From contig OX597831.1 of the NCBI GenBank assembly GCA_951406725.2, forward strand, positions 8,494,001 to 8,558,000: DNA of 64,000 nt, read 5' to 3'. Source of the stretch: Octopus vulgaris (taxonomy: Eukaryota). A model generated the notes under the pieces. That model saw only the letters and a list, made by a program, of their open reading frames with translations, was not told the DNA's origin and searched no databases. Positions 1 through 14,137 of the stretch are shown here, in pieces; position 1 is the stretch's first letter; each line of letters begins with the position of its first letter. The translations under genes were made by a program, and so were the position numbers.

Positions 1-307
1 AAACAATGTGTAAAGAATTCTTGGAGGCAGCAAACTGGCAGAATCATTAGCATGTCAGACAAGCTGTTTAGCAGCATTTTGTGTGGCTCTTGATGTTCTG
101 AGTTCAAATCCTGCTATGGTTGTCATTACTCTTTCATCCTTTTGGGTTTGATAATGTACCAGACTTGATGTAATCGACTGGTTTCCTCCCCTCAAAATTA
201 AGGACCAGCATCCCCCATTCATTGAGTACCTTGTGATTTTTGTCACTTGTACGCCATTGGAACCAGGTAGACCCAAGAAAAAAAGAATCTGGACGTGTAA
301 GGTATAA

Positions 308-313
308 TTTATT
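308..313 (-). terminator. Candidate polyadenylation signal of PGAM
   Basis: AATAAA on the minus strand about 177 nt after the stop codon; usage not verifiable from sequence. Confidence 0.45.
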
Positions 314-489
314 CTCCATAAATATAGAAAAACAATGAAATAAATAGAGTACAGCAACTGGTCATTCTTTTCATAATGACCATTTAATTAGAAACTTAAA
401 TGATTAGAGAAGTTAAAATAATCAAGGAAAATGGCTGTCTTCTTTCTTTTATGAAGAAAAAAAAGGTTTTGTTGTTAAGTGTTCAGCTT

Positions 490-611
490 TTACTTAGCCT
501 TGCCTTGAGAAGCGACCTTATCAATAGCAGCTTTCACAGCAGCTTCATCAGCCACGTAGTAGTGCTTGATGGGGTTCATGTCTTTGTCCAGTTCATACAC
601 AAGTGGAATAC
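490..611 (-). CDS. PGAM: PGAM last coding exon ([40 protein letters not shown])
   Basis: Acceptor TTATTTCAG after a (CT)n tract; typical dPGM C-terminal tail; TAA stop. Confidence 0.96.
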
Positions 612-3600
612 CTGAAATAAAGAGAGAGAGAGAGAAAAAAAAAATGTTTAACGAATGAGATAATTCTCAGAAATGGTTAAACCCTTTAACATTTAAACTG
701 GCCATGTCCGGTCTGAATATCCCACCTTTTTTATGTTCAAACTGACCAGGCTTGGCCTCTCACACCTACCCTACAATGTCATTCTAAAATTAAACGACCA
801 CATCCGTGGAATATCGATGCTATGAGAAAATGAAAGATTAATCGAAAACTGTGTGAATTAATAAGCATAACATTCGACAGGATAATCTGAATGCTATGAA
901 TGTTAGGAACTTTGCCTCCATCCAGATAATCAAGGATTATCCTTTCTACTAAAATCACAAGGCTTGAAATGTTGGGAAGTGGATTAGTTGACCTCTTATT
1001 TAATGACCAGTTGTTCCATCAGTGGAATTACATCTATCTCTGTGCCTCTAATCTCTCAACTGGCACAAATCCCACCCTCCTAGTTGAGGGGGAGGGGCGA
1101 TCTCTTGCAAGGTACTTGGTGATCCTGTTGGTGCTGGTAGCATGAAGAAAAAAAAAAATGAAAAAGCAGCCAGTTCACTCTGTAAAGTGGTTCACATTAG
1201 GAAGGGCATTCAGCTGTAGAAACTGTGTCAAAACAGACGATTGGGGCTTCCGTGCAGATGCTGGCTTTGTCATCATGGTAAAGGGACGTTAACTGATGAT
1301 AATGATGAATTACCTGCCCCTGAATCAGCACTTTGGTGGCTGAGAATTTTGTTCTGATCATCATCATTGTTTAACGTCCGTTTTCCATGCTATCACAGGT
1401 TGGACGGTTCGACCGAGGTCTGGGAAGCCAGGAGGCTGCACCAGGCTCCAGTCTGATCTGGCAGTGTTTCTACAGCTGGATGCTCTTCCTAACGCCAACC
1501 ACTCCGCGAGCGTAGTGGGTGCTTTTTATGTGCCACCGGCACAGAAGCCAGTCAAAGCAGCGCTGGCATCGGCCACATTCGGATGGTGCTTTTTATGTGC
1601 CACCGGCACAGGTCTTCATGAAATTCTTGGGCAGAATCAACATAACACAGAGAGTAACAAAGCTGACCTTTTCAATTAGAGCTACAACCCAGATGGCCGT
1701 CTGCAGGACTTCCATAGGCCATAGAACTTTGCCCAAGTTGTCAGATCAACATCAGAGTCTCTTAGTTGCAAAATGAACTTCTTGCAACCTCTCCTCCTCC
1801 TCCTCGTTTCAGATGCTAATATTAGACTGTGGCCAAGCTGGGGCACTACCTTGAAGAATTTTTAGTTGAATGAATTGACTCCAGTACTTATTGCAGCCTG
1901 ATACTTCTATTAGTCTCCTTTGCCGAACTGCTAAGTTACGGGGACGTAAACACACCAACACCAGTTGTGGAGGACAAACACCAACTCTTTTACTTGCTTC
2001 AGTCATTTGACTGCAGCCATGCTGGAGCACCACCGTTTAGTTGAACAAATCGACCCCAGGACTTATTCTTTGTAAGCCTAGTACTCCTTCTATTGGTTTC
2101 TTTTGCCGAACCACTAAGTTACGGGGACATGAACACCAACATCAGTTGTCAAGCAATGGTGGGAGACAAACATATACATACATACATATATATATACACA
2201 CACACACACACGATGGGTTCCTTTCAGTTGGACCGAGGCTACAGTAGAAGACATCTGGCCAAGGTACCATGTGGTATTGAACCTGGAACCATGAGGTTGA
2301 GAAGCAAACTTTTTACTACACAGCCACGACTTCTCCTATATAAAAAGTTCGTCCCTCATCTCCACCACTCTGTTAGATTAAATCCAATTTGTGGGTCTAC
2401 AGTAATCCCTCACCATATCACGGTTTATTGTTTAAGCTTACGTCAATTCTTCTGTGGTGTTGATTTGCATTTATAATAAAATAAATATATATATAAATTA
2501 TAAAAAAATATACAGAGTGGCTAACTGGCTTCTGTGCCAGTGGCATGTAGGAGGCACCATTCGAGCGGGATCGTTACCAGCATCGCCTTACTGGCACCTG
2601 TGCCGTTGGCATGTGTAAAAATTCAAGCGAGGTCGTTGCCAGTACCGCCTGACTGGCTCTCGTGCCGGTGGCATGTAAAAGCACCCACTACACTCTCGGA
2701 ATGGTTGGCGTTAGGAAGGGCATCAAGCTGTAGAAACTCTGCCAGATCAAGACAGGAGCTTAAAGCAGCCATCTGGTTCGCCAGCCCTCAGTCAAACCAT
2801 CCAACCCATTCCAGCATCGAAAGCGGACGTTAAATGACGACAATGATGATACATTACAATACTGTTTCTATTTCATGGATTCTCACCTATCATGCAGGTG
2901 AGGTGGGGTGGGGGTTTGGAACGTAACACCTGTGGTAGTCAAGGGATTACTGCATAGTAGTATTTGTAAAAAATATTACCTGTTGGGATATTAAGACCAA
3001 GAATGTCCTCTTCTGACATCTTATCTAAATATTTCACCAAAGCACGCAAGCTGTTTCCGTGAGCAGCGACAATGGGTTTCTTTCCAGTCTGCAAAAAGAT
3101 AAATACAAATATTTTCAGAAAACCTTTTTAAAACAGGAGAAATTTTAAAGAAATATAGAGAATGCATTAAAATAGACTCCCTCCTCCGAAAACGAACTTC
3201 AGAAAGATTGCAAGCAATACCCCAAATTAGTGGTTTTCAACCTTTTAAATATCTGGGCCAGATCCAAATCTGGATTGGGGGAGGGGGCTGCACCAAAAAA
3301 TGTAAAAGTCAATTAAAGAAAAACTTATTCAGAAAGAGAATACAGTGGGAGACTGCTGGAAGGATGCTTGAAGGTTGCATGTGATCATGGAAGCTGTGGT
3401 CTAAAACTGCTGCCCAACATTGTGTTATGAAATATTATTAATTTATATTTTTTTATACTTCACATTGCCGTGCAGTTACTATTGCTTGTATACACTTTTT
3501 TTCAAGATCAGTGACGAAAAGTCACTGGAAAAAGGATATAAATATTTGCATTGGGAACCCTTCCATCGAAAACCAATGATTGTCGTGCGCTGATGACGGG

Positions 3601-5156
3601 TCAATACCCAGAAACTGCAGTCCGTGCGTATCACTTAGGTTGACGAGGGAAGGATGACCTCCCTTCGCAAATACCGATAGGGCACAGAAAGCTGGAGAAG
3701 ATGTTCTCCTGGGGCTACAAGCTACAGTAACATCCACCCTTAGTGGTTAGCCATATTGAGATGGCAAATATACTTCACATTGTCGTGCACTTACTGTCTA
3801 TACCTCGTTCAGAGATTTATTATTAATTTATACTTTACATTGTTTATAGCCTTAGGTCTGGTCTGATGGAGATAATCTCCGATTAAAAATATTCCAGCTG
3901 TGATCAACTTTTTTCTTCTTTTTTTAAATTTCAGATATTATATTTATTCAACCAGTGTAAGTATCGAATGATGCCCGGGCAAGGAGACACCAGCACTGCC
4001 AACACCCACATCTATCTAAAAGGCCTCTTTCAGTGTCTGCTCACCAGATCCTCTCTCCCAATGATTTGATTGGGTTTGAGGCTAGAATTGAAGAAACTTG
4101 CCCAAGGTGCCACATAATGGGACTGAACCTCAAGGCCCATGAGTGTGAAGCAACTTTCTTAACCCCACAGCCATGCTTCTGCAGGTAATGGTTGTATATG
4201 TAAAAATCCTCCTTCCCAACCATGACATTGTGGGTTCAGTCCCACTACAAGGCACCTTAGGCAAGTGTCTTCTGCTACAGCCCCACGGTGATCAGTACTC
4301 TGTGGGTGCATGTGTACCATCAAATGAAGGTTGTAAACAAACATCACTGTTGTGTAAGTGGTGCTGTTTCCAGTCTTCAATGGAAACCATGTCTGGCCAT
4401 GGGGAAATATTACTTTGTGTGAAAACAGGTGAGGGTTGGTGACTGGAAAGGCATCCAGCCATAGAAAATCTGCCTCAATAAATTCTGTCTGACAAATGCA
4501 GGGGTGGAAAAGCAATTGTTAAATGATGTTGACAATGATGATTGTATTAACCCAAGATGTCCTTCCTGTTTCTTTTAGGAGGGCTGGGTGCAATATGAGG
4601 GAGACATGACTCCCGTTTCTAAGAAGTTGAGTGGTCACGTGTCTGTTCCCACAAATGGGGAAAAACTGGTAATCTAAGAATATCATTTAAACCATCTTGG
4701 GGTAATTAGTTCTAAGCTATTTAATATGTATTAGTTACCCAAATCTTGATCCGGGTTGGTTACTAGGCAGGAGGTGGGGGTGTGTGTGATTTGTTTTATG
4801 AAACCTGTTGAGCAACTTCTCAGTGGCTGATGTCACAGTGTATGGCCTCATACGGGACCTAGGAAGAGTCTGGTATAATTATTTTAGATCTACAAACTTT
4901 AGGCTATTTCTGTACATGGCCATGTGGTTAAGAAGCTTGCGTTGCAACCACATGGTTTTCGGTTCAGTCCACCTGTGTGGCACTTGAAGTCACTTCTATT
5001 GCTTTTTTAATGGTTTTACGGGGTGACTGGGGAAATGCAAAGATGTGCACGACCACCCTTGGACGGTTTTCAATGACCATAGAAAGTGCAAGCCCTCTAA
5101 CTGAAAAATTGTGGATTTGTATAAAGGACACACACACACAGACAGACATTTTGCCG

Positions 5157-5197
<41 letters not shown>

Positions 5198-8100
5198 TGT
5201 TGTTAGCCATGTGTAAGTCACATGCCATATTTTGCATGGAAAAGTTATCTTTTGCTTGTTTCAGTCATTAGATCACGGTCATGCTGGGGCACTGCCTTGA
5301 AGGGTTTAATTGAACAAATATTTCCAGTGTGTCCATATTGAAAAATCTTGCTGCTTTCTTTGCTCCTGTCTCAGTTTTTTCTGTTGCAGACTGATTCCAT
5401 TTCTCAACAAGAAATAGCAGGGTCATCCTATTGGAGGCTTTAAATGATGGGACAGGAGACATCTTGGTAGCTTCCAATGTTAGAGGTGGCAGCAAAGTTG
5501 AAAGAGGCCGACTTTTTTGTTTGCTCAGTCAAACATTTCTTTCTCCATCTTTAGATACTGATTCTGCCACTTTCTTAATGTTTCTCTTCTCTCTCTCTGT
5601 GTCACCATCTAGTTATATGTATGTCTCTGCCTTATTCTATCTGTATACGTACATTTCTGCATGTGTGGGTGTGCCCAGTGCCAAAACAGGCCCACTGTCC
5701 CATCAGCGGAACCAAATCTGCATCTAAACTGTCGCACACAAATGTCCCATTCCGTTTATTGCCTTTGGCATTATCAGTAAGATTCCTTCCCGTTTTCTCC
5801 ATTTTCTCTCTCATACTGAAAATTCCCTCTTAGCATCTCTCTTACCATTAATGTCAGCAAATCCCGTAAAGTTTCAATGCAATGCATCAGTAATGACCTT
5901 CACAACATAATCTGACATTTTACAGTTTGACAGACAACTTTAATAAAACTTTTCCATTTTCTTTCCTGACCTTCACTCATGAGTTTCCTAATTTCCCTAC
6001 ACCCGTTTCCTTCAGATTCTGCTGTCACTACCCCACCACCTTCACCACCATGTTTTAACTCATCTCCAGCCTCTCCCCCCACCTCTACACTATCACTCAA
6101 ACATGTTTACAGACAAGTGGCAAGATCAACCACATGACCTACAACAACCTTTGCTGGCTCAGGTTTCACATATTATAAAAGCACAAGGTAATTTATTCAA
6201 GATGGTGCCCCTGTACAATATTCATTTGCATTTCTAATTACTGGCTGATTGTGATAAGGAAACAACACTCCCCCTCGCCCTCATTGATAAAGGTTTTTAT
6301 TGAAGTTGTGCACCAGAAAGCGTGATTTACACAGGGGAGTAAATGTGGTTTGTGTCCCTGAAGCTATCTATGTGGCTGTGTGGTAAGAAGTTTGCTTCCC
6401 AACCACATGGTTCGGGGTTCAGTCCTACTGCGTGGCACCTTGTGCAAGTGTCTTCTATAGACTTAGGCTGATGCAAATCTTGTGAATGGGTTTGGTAGAC
6501 AGGAACTGAAAGAAGCCTGTTGTATATATCTAGGTATGTGTCTGTGTTTGTCCCGTCCCCTGCAACCATTGCTTGACAACTAAATTTTGGTGTGTTTATG
6601 GCCCATAGCTTAGCAGTTTGGCAAAAGAGACCGACAGAATAAGTACCAGGATTAATAAAGAAAAAAACAAGTACTGGGTCAATTCATTCGGCTAAAAATT
6701 CTTCAAAGCAGTGCCCCAGCATGGCCACAGTCTAATGACTGAAACAAGTAAAAAAATAAAAGAATTCCATATATCTCTATCTAGAATGTGGAGTCTTAGT
6801 TCACGGGTGATCCAAACGGATAGGTATGCTGAGTAAGTGCTGTAACGGATTATCAGGGTTCCAAGCTCGTAACTTGAGACGGGAGCTATGGATCCATTTT
6901 AGGTTTCCGATTTAGCAGGTATATATTTGTGAAAGAGGACAACAAATATATCTATCCACATACTCACTACTGTCCCTATTATCAAGATTAAATATCCCCA
7001 AAACTGCCCCTGTTTAGTACAACCAAAAACAACAAATGGCTAAACCGATGGGGTTAGTCAAACAAACAAAACAGATCCTTACCCTTAGTGCTGGTACGAT
7101 GACATCATGCCAGAAAGGCAGAGCTCTTGCAACTGTATCTTCAAGACATTCACGTTTAGGAACGAGCTTTTTATCGAGAAGCTAAAAAGGGAAAAATAAT
7201 TTACATGTATATTCGTGTAGTTTCTGTCAGCATTTGAGTATAAATCAGTGACTTTTATTGCTCTTACAAGGAAAGAATGACGAGTAGGCTAAATGAGATA
7301 ACTTTAGTTGTTAATACAATGAAATAGGTTGTTACTTACGGCATAAGCAGGTTGGTTACTAGCACAACGAGGGTCACCGTCTTCAAGACTTGGAGGTGGG
7401 ATGTTATAAGATCGTCTCCAGATCTGAAAATTTAAAAATACGAAATGTTTCAACAACATTTTATGTGAAAAAAAAAAAAAAAAGAGGAAAAGAACGATAT
7501 AAACAATTAACCCTTTCATGACCCCACATTTGCCATCAAATAAATCACTTATTTGTTTCATTTAATTTTGAATATTGAGAATTTCAAGGAAACTATGATT
7601 CAGGTGAGAGGTGGCTGTGTGGTTAACGAGTTTGCTTCTAAACCCCAGGGTTTTGGGTTCAGTTCTATTGTACTGCACCAAATGCCTTCCATTATAGCCA
7701 AAGTCTTGTGACTGGATTTCATAGGCAGAAACAGAAAGAAGCCTGTCATATATATATATATGTGTGTGTGTGTGTGTCCCACTTGTCTTGACGTCCTGCG
7801 ACTGGTACAAATGAATGATGTTCATTTCCAGTGTTATATTTTGCAAAGACATGTCTGGCCAACGGTGAAATTTTACCTTGCTGGAAAACCAGTGTGGATT
7901 GGTGATAGGAAGGCATCCGACCCATGCAAGCATGGAAATGTGGATGTTAAAATGATGACAATGATGAATTATTATGTTTTAATTTAACACTTTAAAATGT
8001 GACTTGTAGACCCAGAGGCAATTTCGAGAGGGTGTTTTGGATGTATTTCAATATTCTATTTCTTTAAAAACACAAAATCAAAAGTTGAGCTGGTAACCAC

Positions 8101-11100
8101 AATGGAACACTTCCCTGACATCTGTGATGGCAATGCTGCAGCCCAAAGATATTCTACTGCGATTCTGAAAAAAGGCCACCCTCCTGATTAGCCTGAAGTC
8201 ATTCACCAATACGACTGCCGACCCACAGAATTGTTGTGTCTTCTCTCTAAGCTTTTCTCCTATAATTACTGTGGTCACCACTCCTCAGAGTTGTCTAGTC
8301 TCATGGTACCTCCACCCCACCCGGGCACTTCCAACTGACTCATCTTCTCTCACCCCTTCAGACCCTCACACCATTAACCATGATCTCCATTCTTTCCCTG
8401 CAGCTATCAGTTTGCTTCCCAGAAAACATTTAGCCAACTCCATCTTCCTGGTCTTGGAGGGTCTGCAAACACTAGGAACACAGCCCAAACTTGGAGGAAA
8501 ACAAAAAAAAAAATCAACAAAGATCAATTAATCAATCACAATTATAAATAACTCTTCAACATTTTAATTCAGTCTACTTACTTTCACTTGGTCTTCACCA
8601 TACTTTTTGGCAGTCTCTGCCTTATTAAGACCCTGCAAGGCGCCGTAATGTCTTTCATTCAATCGCCAGTGTTTGGTTACAGGGATCCAGTGGAGATCAA
8701 GTTCCTCTTGGATTAAAAATAATGTTTTGATAGCCCTCTTCAATACACTTGTGTAAGCAGTATCAAATGTGAAACCCTTTTCTTTCAGCATCTAAATTTA
8801 ATAGAAAGAAAAAAGGATTATTTTATCATAAAATGAAAAAAAATGTATCTGTTTGCCAATCTTCTTGAAAATGATTCACGCATTTAAATTTACAGAACTG
8901 ACTAACAAATCCACGGATTAAAAGAAGACGAAGCAAACAAAATCAGGCATGGCTGAGTGGTTAAAAAGCTTGCTTTGCAGTCATGTGGTTTTGGGTTCAG
9001 TTCCTCTCTGTGACATCTTGGTTGAGTGTCTTCCACTATAGCCTTGGACTGACCAATGCTTTATGAGTAACCTTGGTAGATGGAGACTACAGCTAAGACA
9101 CGTGTGTGTGTGTGTGTGTGTGTGTGCTTGTTGTCACTCCCACTGCTTGACAAACAGTGCTGGTTTGTTTCAATCCCCTAACTTAGTGGTTCATCAAAAG
9201 AGACTAATAGAATAAGTCAATTTGTTCAATTAATGCCCATCAAGGCCACAGCCCAATGACAAAAGCAAGATAAAAGATAAGCCATATTAAGATTGAAAGG
9301 ATGATAAGAAATGAGAATGCATAAAGAGGCAATGAACTGGCTGTTACTGCATCAGACAGAATGCTTAGAAGAATCCGTTCCAGACATCTGCCATCAAATC
9401 TCTGGGATCAGCTATCTCTTGGAATCGGTGAGGTTATACTGTGAGAAGTGGGTGCACTCAGCATCCCTTTCTGCAGAAATGGGGATGGGATTAACAAGGA
9501 GTTAGCAACCATGTCTCACAGAAAAACTGAGCAATCTGCTGGAACCATTTCAGGTGTGCAGTCGAGAATAGAACAGAAAAGGAGAAGAATGGCTCAAGCG
9601 ATAAAAGAGATGATGGAAGACTATTCTGTAGATGGGATCAGCCAATGTCATTCATCTTCATCAATATTATAACGTCCACTTTCCCATGCTTGCATGGTTC
9701 AGATTGAATTTGTTGAGACAGGTTTGCTATGGCCAAATACCCTTCCTGTCTCAGACCTGTGCCTGTTTCCAAGCAAGAAAATATTTTCCCATAGCCAGAC
9801 ATTTTTCACACAAGACTGGAAATGAACAACACATTCGTTTACAATCATCACAGAATGTCACAAAAAGGGTATATACAGACATGCGCAAGAAGCTTCTTTC
9901 AGTTTCTATCTACCAAATACATTTACAAGGTGTTGGTTGGCTTGGAGCTATAGGAGAGGGCATTTGCCATGCAGTGGGACTGAACTCAAGACCTCATGGT
10001 TGGGAAGGAAGCTTCTCAACCGCACAGCCACATGTACCTCTCACACACACAAAGGACACCAGTTTTAAAGGGTCAAAGGTGCCGGCTACACCCTGTGTTC
10101 AAGGACTTCTCAAACTGGCAAAGGTCAATGATTTACAGGAGAGACATTACAGCTAAATGAATCAACTCCTAGTCCATAATTGGTACTTTTATATTGACTG
10201 GTCTCTATTTAAATGCAGTCTCATGGGATGTTCTTTAAGCTACTAATTAATCCTGATCAATTAGATCTATGATTACAACATTCCAGCTGTGATCAGCCTG
10301 TCTTTTTCTTAGGTGTAATGAACAAAAGCTCAAAAAATATTCAAGCGGTTCATCTTTTTTAAGACAACAGAATGGGATTTAAAGGAGATTCGGTTGCTAT
10401 TTCTAGATGCCAAAGTGACTGCATAGAGACTCTCATTATCATTTAAGGCAGAAGGAGCAACATTTTTCAAGAGGTGGGCCACAGTGAGCCATGGCTCATC
10501 ACCAGGTAGATCACTCAACTAAAGAAATTCAATGTAATTTTTTTTTGGTAGATAAGCCATTTAGAAAGTCTCATGGCCTGCAGTTGGCCCATGATTACTG
10601 TATAGTATTTTATTTGCCAAATCTAAAATGAAATCGTTACAAGGCCACAAATTTCTGAGGAGGGAGGTCGAGTAGCTTACTGGTTCTTCCTTTCCTTGAC
10701 ACCAGAAGAAAGAAAAGTAAATTCAACGTTGATGGAATTTGAAAGTAAACGTAAAAATAACACAGTCGTATATGCATGCGTCGTTATCCCTACCAGAGCT
10801 AGATAACCGGTTTTCGTTGGTTTACACCCCTGTAACTTAGCAACCGAGCAAAAGAGAGCGATAGGACAAGCAACAGACAAAATAATGGATTCGGTGCTTC
10901 AGCATGGCCGCAGTCCAATGACTGAAACAAATAATATAGGCACACGACACGACGAGGTCAAGATAGAGTTGATTAAATCCACGTTGTTATTTGACTGACT
11001 GGAATTTTTAACGACGAAAGGATAAAAACTGAAGTCAGCTTCAAAGAGCTTTTTAAACTTGGAACAATTTGGAATTTATACGTAATAGAGAAAGATATTG

Positions 11101-11131
11101 GATTGTTTTATTCAACTTTATTACGAGATAG

Positions 11132-11168
<37 letters not shown>

Positions 11169-12433
11169 GAGAGAGAGAGAGAGCTTACAGTCAATCCCAA
11201 TATTTTGACGGCACAAAGCGTCGTCGTGATCGCAATCACGTAGTTACTTTACACACACAGACAACTTACTGGCCAACGAATGAACCTCTATGTGATCATC
11301 CGAACTGCTAAAAATAACGGCCTAATCTTCCCAAAATCATAATACATTAGATAGACTATAATACATTAGATAGACTACATCAGAAAATAGAAATACATGA
11401 GCACCACGGTCAAGAAGACTTTTGGTCAGCTCCACCAAAACCAGTCTGATCGATTACGCTACAATAACCCAATGAAATATGCGCTAAGAATATAATTTAC
11501 AAATATAACAAAAAATAGGTGATAATGATAAAATTGAGTCCACTGCCTCCATTACACTCTACGATAGAGGCCTTCCCCACCTTAAAAATTTTAAAGGTTA
11601 CGCAAAATCTTTAAAAAAAAAATCCCGCATTACAGCAAGTGATGTCGAGGCTGAGACTGAGGAACAGCCAAGCACCCGCCCTCACGAGCATCACCTGATA
11701 TTTTGGTAAGGCAAGACGCCGATGGCGAAAACTTCGTAGTGAGCGGCCCCCACAATCGACACTGAATAAAATGTTTAAAAATGTATTTCAACATTTTATT
11801 CTGTTCGACTTCGGATGCAGTAACTGCCCCGTTTGAGGACTCTATCTTTGGTCAGCCTCTTGTTGGCCAAGGTCAGAGTAAGACGACAGAGGCCCTCCTC
11901 ATCGTCGTCCCTGGACAATTTACCATGGTTTCCGAACCAAAGAAATATTCAATGATGTAATGAACAACAGTAAAAATACATCGGATGCCGTATCGGTCGA
12001 CGGTTATCCCGCAGTCACGAAAGGCTAGAAATAACAAGGGTTTTAAATGCTGGCACAAGGCCAGGCCATTCTTGGGGGACGGTGGGGAGTTAGAAAGTTA
12101 CAGTGACCTTTTGAGCATTTTGTCCGACGCACCAACGATTCTGCCAGTTTACCGTTAAGTTGAGAAATAAACCAGTCATTGTTTCCGATTTAGGAACAAG
12201 GCCAACAGTTTTGAAGGGAGAAGGTAAGTCGATGCCATCGACCCCGGTACTTGACTGGTACTTTATTTTATCGGCCCCAGAGGGATGTAAGGCAAAGTAG
12301 ACCACGGCGGGATTTGAACTCAGACAATAAAGAGCCCGAAATAGAACAAAGTATATTTCCGGTGCTTGTAAAGATACTGCCAAATAAATTTATTATTATT
12401 ATTAATAATTTGTAAGATAGGCACAAGGCCAGA

Positions 12434-12491
<58 letters not shown>

Positions 12492-14137
12492 GTAACAGTC
12501 GGCACACATATCCAAAGTACAATATTTGAAACCGTTTCACCTTGATTGGCAACCTTGACAAACATCCTTGACCTACATACCACAGGCAACAAAAGTGACA
12601 GTTATGTTGAGGCCATTTAAACACACCCTAGCTTTTTTGTAAAAAAAGAGTTGTTATAAAATAAAATTATTCTTGACGAAAAAGACAAGAAAAAAACCCA
12701 ATAAATGCTCAGAATATTTTCTATTTATTTTACCAATTTCACAAACCATTTATAACGACAGCACTTCACATATCCATATATATATATATTATATATATAT
12801 ATATATACATATATATTATATATATATATATATACATCCGTTTATTTGAGGTTCTTATAACTGCTTTTATGTAAGATGCTTTATAGGAATATACTTAGAG
12901 TTTAAAGTACACCATCAAGGAAGGGACCATTCGTTTATATCAAGCACCATCACAAGACTTCTGAAAATAACATATATCAGGTGTGTGTGTGTGTATAATT
13001 AATAAACAAGTCACAGAAACAATTGTTGTGTGGCCCCTAAATTAACCTTGACCCACAAGGCCGCTGCATCACGACACAACCGTAGTTTCTAAAATAAATT
13101 TAGGATTTTTGCACAGCCAGTAATTAATTACATACTCCAAAGCATTATTCTTCCCGTGTTAAGACGACTGTGTTGCAATTTGAGGGGCATTTAGCTGCTA
13201 TTTAAGCCATGTCGAGCGACGCGATTGCGTCGTTGTTCTTCTGTCTTCGAATCTTCATTCCTCAAAGACGCAGCAGATGTCATCCTGTCTCGTCTCTTGG
13301 ATTTCTAGCAAACAGCAAACCTTATAAGGCCATGGCGCTGCTCTTTTATATATATTTCTCTTCTATCACTCTATCAAACCCAGAAGCAAATCCTTTATAA
13401 TAAACTAATAATTATAATAATCACAATAATTAAATACCGATTTCTTTGTGTACGTGCATATAATATATATTATATATACACATATATATATATCATAAAG
13501 CTCTTCCTAGCTATATATACACAGGCATACATTAATATACTACACACAGCTGTATCCCCATTTTCAATTGTTATTTAACCCCGGGTCAACCCACACCGAC
13601 CAGACTTATTTCAAAGGCATTAAACCGAGATTATCCCAGCTTTTATTTAACGCAATAAACTTCACTTCAGTTAGACTCATTAATACAATGTGACTGAGGG
13701 AGATTTAGCTGCTATTTCTAACAATTCGTGCAGTTATGTAGTAGAAAGGTTTCCATACACTTTTTTGTCTTCTGTCTGTAATAAAATTGCAAATTGAATA
13801 TTAAACAATCCACATCTTGGAAGACCCAAAAAAGGTTTTGGACATTGAACTTTGACATTTAGTCCTCTCCCTATACTTAAATAAACAATGGTTTAGGGTT
13901 ACTGATTTCTCCGTAGGACAATATATCCTTGCGTGCGTGTATATGTATATATATATATGTATATATATGATTTACTGTAATGAGATGTATAAATATGTGT
14001 ATATATACCTTTCCAGCACTTTTAGCTTCATTGACGCCGGTTTCTGAGAGATCAGCATCAAACCAGCCACAGAAAAGATTTTTCTGATTCCATTCGCTTT
14101 CACCGTGCCTCACAAAAACAATTGTATAAGCTGCCAT
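490..14137 (-). CDS. PGAM: Cofactor (2,3-BPG)-dependent phosphoglycerate mutase, whole gene; coding exons 14137-14009, 8791-8582, 7423-7340, 7181-7083, 3088-2980, 611-490 (753 nt, 250 aa)
   Basis: Spliced translation carries the histidine-phosphatase motifs [38 protein letters not shown] and [13 protein letters not shown]. All introns are GT-AG with consistent phases (0,0,0,0,1). TAA at 492-490. Confidence 0.97.
2400..2952. mobile_element. pogo/Tigger-like MITE with a nested SINE (about 2517-2850)
   Basis: Terminal inverted repeats CAGTAATCCCT...AGGGATTACTG with a left TA flank; related copies at about 19243-19455 and 34087-34308. Confidence 0.65.
2980..3088 (-). CDS. PGAM: PGAM coding exon 5 ([36 protein letters not shown])
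   Basis: Acceptor TTTTTGCAG, donor GTAATA; AHGNSLR motif with the second catalytic His. Confidence 0.96.
3584..3628 (+). ncRNA. Minimal type-I hammerhead ribozyme motif (Penelope/retrozyme-like)
   Basis: CGTGCG-CTGATGA-C GGGT CAAT ACCC A-GAAA-C TGCA G-TC-CGTGCG: conserved core, stem II, palindromic mini stem III, GUC triplet and stem I with two G-U pairs. The stem II closing pair is a C-A mismatch. Confidence 0.7.
6370..6763 (+). mobile_element. SINE family A copy in PGAM intron 4
   Basis: Same head, body and tail as the 18390 copy. Confidence 0.85.
7083..7181 (-). CDS. PGAM: PGAM coding exon 4 ([33 protein letters not shown])
   Basis: Acceptor CCTTTTTAG, donor GTAAGG; E-x-L-x-DT-x-ARALPFW motif. 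Confidence 0.95.
7340..7423 (-). CDS. PGAM: PGAM coding exon 3 ([28 protein letters not shown])
   Basis: Acceptor TTTTCAG, donor GTAAGT; WRRSY motif. Confidence 0.95.
8582..8791 (-). CDS. PGAM: PGAM coding exon 2 ([23 protein letters not shown]...[26 protein letters not shown])
   Basis: Acceptor TTTAG, donor GTAAGT; 210 nt in frame; conserved dPGM motifs. Confidence 0.97.
12434..12490. repeat. (AAT)n trinucleotide microsatellite
   Basis: About 19 perfect AAT units; source of the poly-L and poly-I ORFs. Confidence 0.95.
14009..14137 (-). CDS. PGAM: PGAM coding exon 1 ([43 protein letters not shown])
   Basis: ATG at 14137-14135 in GAGATGG context; RHG catalytic histidine motif; donor AAG|GTATAT at 14008. 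Confidence 0.95.

Noticed and set aside
5431-6110. Overlapping short ORFs in PGAM intron 4
   Set aside because: Not needed for the PGAM frame, no identifiable domain, and frequent stops; probably old repeat debris.
12268-12624. Poly-Leu / poly-Ile ORFs suggesting a membrane protein
   Set aside because: They are produced by the (AAT)n microsatellite plus SINE sequence.
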